NCBI GenBank assembly: GCA_044228695.1
Contig: JBGAUK010000003.1
Coordinates: 27,380 to 91,379, forward strand
Direction: 5' to 3'
DNA: 64,000 bases
Origin: Chromatiaceae bacterium
GTDB taxonomy: Bacteria > Pseudomonadota > Gammaproteobacteria > Chromatiales > Chromatiaceae
The position numbers were made by a program, and so were the translations under genes. Every line of letters begins with the position of its first letter. The stretch's first letter is position 1. This document shows, in pieces, positions 57,782-64,000 of this stretch. The notes beneath the pieces were generated by a model, which was not told where the DNA came from, did no database searches, and saw only the letters and a list, made by a program, of their open reading frames with translations.

Positions 57782-59233
57782 ATGAAGCCCTTCGCCGTCC
57801 AGAAGGTTTTGGGGCTGCTGCTGATGCTGTTTAGCCTGACCATGTTGCCGCCGCTACTGGTGTCCCATCTCTACCAAGACGGCACGGCCCAGCCCTTCCT
57901 CGGCGCCCTCCTCCTCCTCCTCGGCCTGGGCGCCATGATCTGGCTGCCCGTCTGGCAACGCCGCGAGGAACTCAAGCTGCGGGACGGCTTCATGGTGGTG
58001 GTCCTCTTCTGGACCGTACTGGGGCTGTCCGGCGCCCTGCCCTTCATCCTGTCGGAGGAACCTCACCTATCCGTGACGGACGCCGTCTTCGAGTCCGTCT
58101 CCGGCCTGACCACGACCGGGGCGACGGTCATCGTCGGCCTCGACGACCTGCCGCCGTCCATCCTCTATTATCGCCAGCAGCTCCAGTGGCTGGGCGGCAT
58201 GGGCATCATAGTGCTCGCGGTCGCCGTCCTGCCCATGCTGGGGATCGGCGGCATGCAGTTGTACCGGGCGGAGACACCCGGGCCCATGAAGGACAGCAAG
58301 CTGACGCCCCGCATCACCGAGACCGCCAAGGCCCTCTGGTATATCTATCTGGGGCTGACTATTGCCTGCGGTCTGGCCTACTGGCTGGCGGGCATGACCC
58401 CCTTTGACGCCATCGGCCATGCCTTCGCCACCGTCGCCATTGGCGGCTTCTCCACCCATGACGCCAGCATCGGCTATTTTGACAGCGACCTGATCGAGAT
58501 GATCGCCGTCATCTTCATGCTGATCTCTGGCATGAATTTCGCGCTGCATTTTGTTGCCTGGAATCGTAATAACCTGCGGGGCTACTGGCTGGACAGCGAA
58601 TTCCGCTTTTATCTGGCCCTCATGGGGGCCACGACCGCGGTCGTTTGCCTCTGCTTGTATCTGTCGGGCACCTATGCCGGCGGGTACGACTCCTTGACTC
58701 AGGGCCTGTTCCATACCGTCTCCATTGCCACCACCACCGGCTTTACCACGACCGCCTTTTATGACTGGCCGGCCTTCCTGGGCATCTTGCTGATCTTCAG
58801 CAGCTTCGTCGGGGGGTGCGCCGGCAGCACGGGCGGCGGCATCAAGGTCATTCGCTTTCTGCTCCTCATCAAGCAGGGCCTGCGCGAGATCGAACGCCTC
58901 GTCCACCCCAATGCCCAGATCCCGGTAAGGGTCGGTGGGCGGAGCGTCAACCACCGCGTGGTCGATGCCGTCTGGGGTTTCTTTTCCCTCTACGTCGCCA
59001 GCTTCACCCTCATGTACCTGGCCCTGGCCGCCACTGGCCTGGACCTCACCACCGCCTTCTCCGCCGTCGCCGCCAGCATCAATAACCTGGGCCCCGGTCT
59101 GGGCGATGTCGGCGCCCATTTCGCCGGCCTCGGCACCACCGCCAAGTGGATCCTCTGCTTTGCCATGCTCCTCGGCCGGCTGGAGGTCTTCACCCTTCTG
59201 GTGCTGCTGACGCCCGCCTTCTGGCGGACCTGA
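57782..59233 (+). CDS. trkH: Trk potassium-uptake system membrane subunit TrkH
   Basis: 483-aa polytopic protein with repeated selectivity-filter-like segments (SGLTTTGAT, TTTGFTT, GGCAGSTGGGIK). Confidence 0.94.
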   Translation: MKPFAVQKVLGLLLMLFSLTMLPPLLVSHLYQDGTAQPFLGALLLLLGLGAMIWLPVWQRREELKLRDGFMVVVLFWTVLGLSGALPFILSEEPHLSVTDAVFESVSGLTTTGATVIVGLDDLPPSILYYRQQLQWLGGMGIIVLAVAVLPMLGIGGMQLYRAETPGPMKDSKLTPRITETAKALWYIYLGLTIACGLAYWLAGMTPFDAIGHAFATVAIGGFSTHDASIGYFDSDLIEMIAVIFMLISGMNFALHFVAWNRNNLRGYWLDSEFRFYLALMGATTAVVCLCLYLSGTYAGGYDSLTQGLFHTVSIATTTGFTTTAFYDWPAFLGILLIFSSFVGGCAGSTGGGIKVIRFLLLIKQGLREIERLVHPNAQIPVRVGGRSVNHRVVDAVWGFFSLYVASFTLMYLALAATGLDLTTAFSAVAASINNLGPGLGDVGAHFAGLGTTAKWILCFAMLLGRLEVFTLLVLLTPAFWRT

Positions 59234-59237
59234 ACCC

Positions 59238-60758
59238 TCAAGGCGCCCGGGTTGAAACCCGCTCCACCCATTGGCTGGTGGAGGCGCTCAGGGTGTCCAG
59301 CACGCCAGCGGGGTAAAGGCCGGCGGCCAGGATGGGCAGGCTGAAGGCGATAGCCACCAGGAGTTCCCGGGGGCGCAGATCGGCGGCGGCACCAATGGCA
59401 TTGTGACCCAAGGGACCGAAGAAGGTCCGCCGATAGCCGTCGAGGACATAGGCCGCGCCCAGCACCATGGCCAGGAGGGCAGCCAGCCCGGCCCCGGTAT
59501 GAGTATGCAGCGCGCTCATCAGGATCAGAAACTCCGCCGGGAAGCCGGAGGTGCCGGGTACCCCCAGCGACGCCAGGGATAGAAAAAAGAAAAAGGCGGC
59601 CAGCAGGGGCATGGAACGGGCCACGCCGCCGAGGCTGATCAGGTCCGTGGACCCCAGGCGCAGATTCAGGAAGCGGGTCAGCAGAAAGAGCCCGCCCGCG
59701 ACCAGGGGGAAGTTGAGGAGCTGGAACAGAGCCCCCTGGACCCCCGGCTGGCTCAGGGAGGCAATCCCCAGCAGTACCAGGCCGACATGGCTCAGGGAGG
59801 CATAGGCCAGCAGCCGGCGCAGGTTGGTCTGGCCCATGGCCGCCAGGGCCCCATAGAGGAGGCCGATCGTGCCCAGACCGGCCAGCAGCCAGTGGAATTC
59901 CTGGGCAGCGCCAGGCGCCAGGGGCAAGGCGAAGCGAATCAGGCCATAGGCCCCCACCTTGAGGCCCGTGATGAGGGCCGCCACGGTGGCGGGCCCCTCC
60001 ATCGCCACCACCGGCAGCCAGGTATGCAGGGGGAACACGGGGGTCTTGACCGCGAAGCCGGCCAGCAGGAGCAGGAAGACGCTGGTCTCCAGGCCCTGGG
60101 CCAGGGGTGTCGTAAGCAATTCCCGATAATCCCAACTCAGCCCCGCCGGGATCCCGGCCCCGGTGACCTCGGCGTGATTGAAGGCCAGCAGGATGAAGCC
60201 GAACAGCAGGGGCACCCCGCCCGCCAACATGAAGAGGCTGTAGTTGACCGCCGCATAACGCCGGTGAGGTCCCGGTCCCCAGAGGCTGATGAGAAAATAG
60301 ATTGGGATCAGGGTCATCTCCCAACAGAGGAAGAAGAACATCAGGTCCAGGGCGCAGAAGATGCCCAACAGGGCGCTGGCCAGCAAGAGCATGAGGCTAT
60401 CGTGGAGGCGACGCAGGGTCCGGACACCGGTCCAGGAGGCGAGGATGGTCCCCAGAAACAGCAGAAGGGTCAGGGGGGGGAAGAGGACCGAAATACCATC
60501 CACGCCAATGAGGTAATGGACGTTCAGGCTCGGAATCCAGGTCGTCTCCTCCACCAACTGGAAGCCGGCCTCGGCGGGATTGAAGCGCCAGACCACCGCC
60601 AGGGAAAAACCCAGCGCGATTAGCAGGCTGCCGGGCATGACCCAGCGCGACAGGCGCGCCCCGGGCACCAGCCAGACCACCAAGGCCCCGACGAGAGGGG
60701 TCAGCAGCATCCAACTCAGGAGGGGCCAATGGGACAGGAGGCTCGGGGTATCAGGCAT
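59238..60758 (-). CDS. Complex-I antiporter-like subunit, NuoM/MrpD type (canonical motifs retained)
   Basis: TM5 FFFLCWEMTLIPIYFLISLWG and TM7 FAVKTPVFPLHTWLP...LITGLKVGAYGLIRF. The probable start is the ATG at 60758 (MPDTPSLLSHWPLLSW), with GAGG upstream. The track ORF starts at 60812. Confidence 0.88.
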   Translation of the reverse strand: MPDTPSLLSHWPLLSWMLLTPLVGALVVWLVPGARLSRWVMPGSLLIALGFSLAVVWRFNPAEAGFQLVEETTWIPSLNVHYLIGVDGISVLFPPLTLLLFLGTILASWTGVRTLRRLHDSLMLLLASALLGIFCALDLMFFFLCWEMTLIPIYFLISLWGPGPHRRYAAVNYSLFMLAGGVPLLFGFILLAFNHAEVTGAGIPAGLSWDYRELLTTPLAQGLETSVFLLLLAGFAVKTPVFPLHTWLPVVAMEGPATVAALITGLKVGAYGLIRFALPLAPGAAQEFHWLLAGLGTIGLLYGALAAMGQTNLRRLLAYASLSHVGLVLLGIASLSQPGVQGALFQLLNFPLVAGGLFLLTRFLNLRLGSTDLISLGGVARSMPLLAAFFFFLSLASLGVPGTSGFPAEFLILMSALHTHTGAGLAALLAMVLGAAYVLDGYRRTFFGPLGHNAIGAAADLRPRELLVAIAFSLPILAAGLYPAGVLDTLSASTSQWVERVSTRAP

Positions 60759-60889
60759 GTTGGGCCTCAAGTGCCGGGGGGGTATCGCCCAGCGGGACGA
60801 TAAAGACGTCACCGCGTTCCAGGACGCCTGGCGACCGGCGCCGCCGTGGCGAGCAAAGTGTTAGGGTTAGCCGCGGCCGGCCATCGGGA

Positions 60890-62398
60890 TCAGGGCTGGG
60901 CATAGTGGGCGCTCAAGGTCGCCAGAGGCACATCGATCAATTCTAGCCAGGGATGGGAGTAGAAGCCCACCCCCAGCAGGACGGCGATGACGGCCCCGGA
61001 CACCAGCCACTCCGCCAGACCCAGGCGCTCCACCGGGGCCTGGCCCTCCGGGCTGGGCCCCAGGAAGGCGCGCTGGAAGGCCCAGAGCAGAAAGCCCGCC
61101 GCCAGCAGATTCCCCAGGGCGGCGGCGATGGTCAGCAGGCCGCCAAACCGGGCGATGGCGGCCTCCAGGACCAGATGGGCGGCGTCGAAGCCCGGCGTGC
61201 CTGGCATGCCGATAATGGACAGGCCACCCACCAGAAAGGCGATGCCGACGAAAGGGATCTGGTCGAATAGCCCACCCAGTTCGGTGAGTTGGGTGGTCTT
61301 GGTGCGGCGATAGACCAGACCGGTCATGAAGAGTAGGGCCGCCACCGCCAGACCAAAGGTCACCGCTAGCATGACGCTCCCCTGAAAGGCCAGATGATCC
61401 AGGGTGAAGAGGCCAAGGACGATCAGGCTGGTATGAGAGACGACGGCAAAGGCCAACAGCCGGCGCAGGTTTTCCTGCACCATAGCCAGCAGGGCCGCGT
61501 AGAAGATACCGACCACGGCGAAGGCGACCACGAAGGGCTGCCAATACTGCACCGCCTCGGGTACAAGGGGCAGGACGAAGCGGAGCAAGCCATAGATGCC
61601 GATCTTGAGTCCCAGGAGCAGGGTCGGGGCCACGGCGATGTTGCCGTGCTCGGCTATCTGAGGCAGCCAGCCGTGCATGGGAAAGAGGGGGGTGCGGATG
61701 GCCAGCCCGTAGAACAGCAGGAAAAAGACCAGGGTCTGGAATTCGGACCCCACCCGGGCCCCTTGAAGCTCCAGGAGATCGAAGGTCCAGACGCCGCCAC
61801 CGACGTGAGCATGGCCCCAGCCCAGGATGAGGGTGCCGACCAGCAAGAGGGACAGGCCCGTGCCCATGAACTTGATATAGGTCTTGATGGCCTGGTCCAT
61901 GCGGGGCGAGGTCGCCCATAACTTCAGCAGGAGCCCGATGAGGCCCGTCTGGAGGGCGGCGGCGAGCACGAACCACAGCAGGTTCAGGGTCGTGAACATC
62001 AGCATCAGGCTGGATTCGATGGCCAGGATCAGGGCCATCAACCGCCAGGGGGGCCCCAGGCCCCGCACGGGCCCATAGAGGGACACCAGCAGGATGATGA
62101 GGGCCGTCAGGAGGATAAAGAGGATGCTGACACCATCCACGGCGGCGTGGTAGTCCAGCAGGCCTGGCAGGCTCAGGTGCTCGGCGAACTGCATGGCGGC
62201 ATTAGTGGGGTCATAACCTCGATAGAGGAGGATGGCCAGCAGCAGTTCGAAGCTGGCTAGGATGACCCCGGCGAAGGTCGCCAGGGACCCCCGGCGCAGG
62301 GCCAGCACCACCAGGGCCCCCAGCAAGGGCAGCAGTTGCAGGACCGCCAATAGTGGCCAGGCGGCCTGGCTGTCCCAAGGGATGCTGATCGGGTTCAT
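60890..62398 (-). CDS. Complex-I antiporter-like subunit, divergent NuoM/N type
   Basis: The fold-level motifs are present (PLFPMHGWLP, LLGLKIGIYGLLRF). The TM5 WE pair is replaced (LLWFVLAAALQTG) and the TM7 Lys is Arg (LAIRTP). The start lies 1 nt after the upstream gene stop. Confidence 0.85.
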   Translation of the reverse strand: MNPISIPWDSQAAWPLLAVLQLLPLLGALVVLALRRGSLATFAGVILASFELLLAILLYRGYDPTNAAMQFAEHLSLPGLLDYHAAVDGVSILFILLTALIILLVSLYGPVRGLGPPWRLMALILAIESSLMLMFTTLNLLWFVLAAALQTGLIGLLLKLWATSPRMDQAIKTYIKFMGTGLSLLLVGTLILGWGHAHVGGGVWTFDLLELQGARVGSEFQTLVFFLLFYGLAIRTPLFPMHGWLPQIAEHGNIAVAPTLLLGLKIGIYGLLRFVLPLVPEAVQYWQPFVVAFAVVGIFYAALLAMVQENLRRLLAFAVVSHTSLIVLGLFTLDHLAFQGSVMLAVTFGLAVAALLFMTGLVYRRTKTTQLTELGGLFDQIPFVGIAFLVGGLSIIGMPGTPGFDAAHLVLEAAIARFGGLLTIAAALGNLLAAGFLLWAFQRAFLGPSPEGQAPVERLGLAEWLVSGAVIAVLLGVGFYSHPWLELIDVPLATLSAHYAQP

Positions 62399-62399
62399 C

Positions 62400-63971
62400 T
62401 CAGAGAATGACCGCGAAGGTGGCGAGAATCATGAGGACGAGGTAGCGAGGCCGGGCGAGCAAATCCTCGACCTGGTTGGCATGCTCGCCCAGGCGGCGGA
62501 TGGCCTCCAGCAACCCTTGCCCGCCACCACGTAGCACCAATCGTTGCTCGAACCAGTAGAGGACGTTGGCCACCCGCTCCAGGGTACGCCCCAGGAGGCC
62601 CCGGCCGCGCACGATGGTCTCATCCGCCGTTGCCATGAGCCAACCCTCCTCCCCATCCGGCGCGATGCCCAGGGAGGAAAGTTCCAGGGCCTGGCCGGGC
62701 AGGCCGACGATGCGACTGACCACCTTCCCGTCCAGATCCATGACGTCGCGGGCCATGGCCTGGGCGGGTCGCGCCAGGAAGGCGTCCGCCAGGGCATCGA
62801 GCCAAAAACCCTGCAGGGCCGCCTCCTGCAGCCCGCGCCGCCTCGCCAGCCAGGCGGGGACCGGCCGCGCGGGCCGGCTGACGCGCTGCATCAGGGCCGG
62901 GGCATGCAGGAACTGATAGGCCCGCCAGAGGGCGTGCAGGGCCAGATGCCAGGCCGCCAGGCTATACCAGCCCAGGCCGATCCAGAGAAACATGAGGCCC
63001 ACCTGAGCGGTGGTGGAGAACATGAGAGAACTCTTGACGTCCGTCCTTGCCAGGCCCACCAGCCAGCCATAGAGGGCCGTGAGGGCGCCCAACAAGGCTA
63101 TCAGGCTGGCGATGGCCGGGGTTGTCTCCAGCAAGGGCTCCAGACGGATGAGCAGGTAAACCCCGGCGTGCACCATGAGGGCGCCATAGAAGATGGCGCT
63201 GGAGGGGGTGGGTCCCTCCAGGGCGCGAGCGACCCAGGGGGCAAAGGGGAGTTGCGCCGACTTGGCCAGGGCCGGTAGCAGGAAGGCCAGGGCGATGAGA
63301 TCCCCCTTGATCGGGTCCAGGGTCTGATCTGGCTGGAGGGGCCAATCGCTGCCGCCCATCCAGAGATAGGCGAAGGAGATCCCAAGCAAAAATCCGGCAT
63401 CGCCAATGCGGTTCGCGATGAAGGCGCGCTGGGCATTAGCGACCGCCACGGGGCGCTCGAAGTTATAGGCTATGAGCAGATAGGAGGCCACCCCCGCCAA
63501 CTCCCAGCCGATGAAGACCAGCACGGCGTTGCCTGCCATGACAATCAGCTCCATGGCCCCCATGAAGAGCGACAGAAGCAGAAAAAAGCGCGGAAAGCCC
63601 GCCTCCCGGTGCAGGTAGTTCACCGAGAACCGCAGGGTGATGAGGGCGACAAAGGCCACCAGCAGCAGCAGAGCCAGCCCCAGCGCATCCAGGGTGAAGA
63701 CGATATCCACCCGCAAGTCACCGCTCACCAGCCAGGATCCGACCCGGACCTGACCGGGGGGCCCCATCACCAGGGCCTGCATACCGGTTAAGATCGCCAG
63801 GCCGAGGGACAGGGCCGCCGCTCCAACCGCGACCCGCGCGGTCATGCGCTCCCCCGCCTCTCCCCGGTTACCCAGGAGGACATAAGCGCCGGCGATCCAG
63901 GCGGCAGCCAGCAGGGGCAAGAGGGGTATCAGCCAGGCATATGCAAACATGGGATCAGGTTCAATCGCCAA
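62400..63971 (-). CDS. Complex-I antiporter-like subunit, NuoL/MrpA type, with a shortened core and a long hydrophilic C-terminal tail ending in one TM helix
   Basis: LIPLLPLLAA at the N-terminus, TM5 FIGWELAGVASYLLI and TM7 LAKSAQLPFAPWVARALEGPTPSSAI. The track start is the TTG at 63971; the ATG at 63950 (MFAYAWLIPLL) is an alternative. Confidence 0.85.
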   Translation of the reverse strand: MAIEPDPMFAYAWLIPLLPLLAAAWIAGAYVLLGNRGEAGERMTARVAVGAAALSLGLAILTGMQALVMGPPGQVRVGSWLVSGDLRVDIVFTLDALGLALLLLVAFVALITLRFSVNYLHREAGFPRFFLLLSLFMGAMELIVMAGNAVLVFIGWELAGVASYLLIAYNFERPVAVANAQRAFIANRIGDAGFLLGISFAYLWMGGSDWPLQPDQTLDPIKGDLIALAFLLPALAKSAQLPFAPWVARALEGPTPSSAIFYGALMVHAGVYLLIRLEPLLETTPAIASLIALLGALTALYGWLVGLARTDVKSSLMFSTTAQVGLMFLWIGLGWYSLAAWHLALHALWRAYQFLHAPALMQRVSRPARPVPAWLARRRGLQEAALQGFWLDALADAFLARPAQAMARDVMDLDGKVVSRIVGLPGQALELSSLGIAPDGEEGWLMATADETIVRGRGLLGRTLERVANVLYWFEQRLVLRGGGQGLLEAIRRLGEHANQVEDLLARPRYLVLMILATFAVIL

Positions 63972-64000
63972 TCAAAATGGGGTCCAGGGGTTCCATGCTG

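Overview
High-GC proteobacterial chromosome segment. G+C looks well above 60 % by eye; nothing here was computed. I support about 58 protein-coding genes and found no rRNA, tRNA, CRISPR array, IS element or transposase. All calls rest on motif recall from the six-frame translations, because no similarity search was possible.

The backbone is housekeeping: dnaE, pncA-pncB, sohB, thyA, gpmI, glgC-gmhA-hldE, cbbY, dksA-gluQ, metY, exeA-gspB, lpxL, glk, tsaC, topA, dprA, def-fmt-rsmB, DUF4390-ntrY-ntrX, trkA-trkH.

Four parts look accessory or unusual.
(1) 1-3194: an immunity islet with an Abi_2-like gene behind hsdM and a HEPN/MNT (HepT/MntA) pair. Its nucleotidyltransferase gene carries an in-frame TAA.
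(2) About 12.1-15.4 kb: an AT-richer islet encoding only exported or lipoprotein products. These are a YkuD-type L,D-transpeptidase, a Cys/His/Asp protein that looks transglutaminase-like, an unlisted 48-aa lipoprotein and a secreted protein.
(3) 28.2-34.3 kb: my best candidate for a poorly described system. It is a tightly coupled operon that looks like a Gram-negative version of the mycobacterial decaprenyl-phospho-arabinose pathway. It has a HAD phosphatase fused to a UbiA-type phosphoribosyltransferase, a DprE1-like FAD oxidase, a DprE2-like SDR and a flippase-like protein. A strongly AT-rich, frameshifted GT-C-like glycosyltransferase cassette sits in the middle.
(4) 59.2-64.0 kb: three tandem complex-I antiporter-like (NuoL/M-type) subunits with no other Nuo genes in view. 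One has lost the canonical charged residues, and one has a shortened core followed by a long hydrophilic tail.

Smaller observations include tandem and direct repeats, an orphan terminator and promoter-like palindromes. The many long antisense ORFs in the track are treated as GC-driven shadow ORFs.
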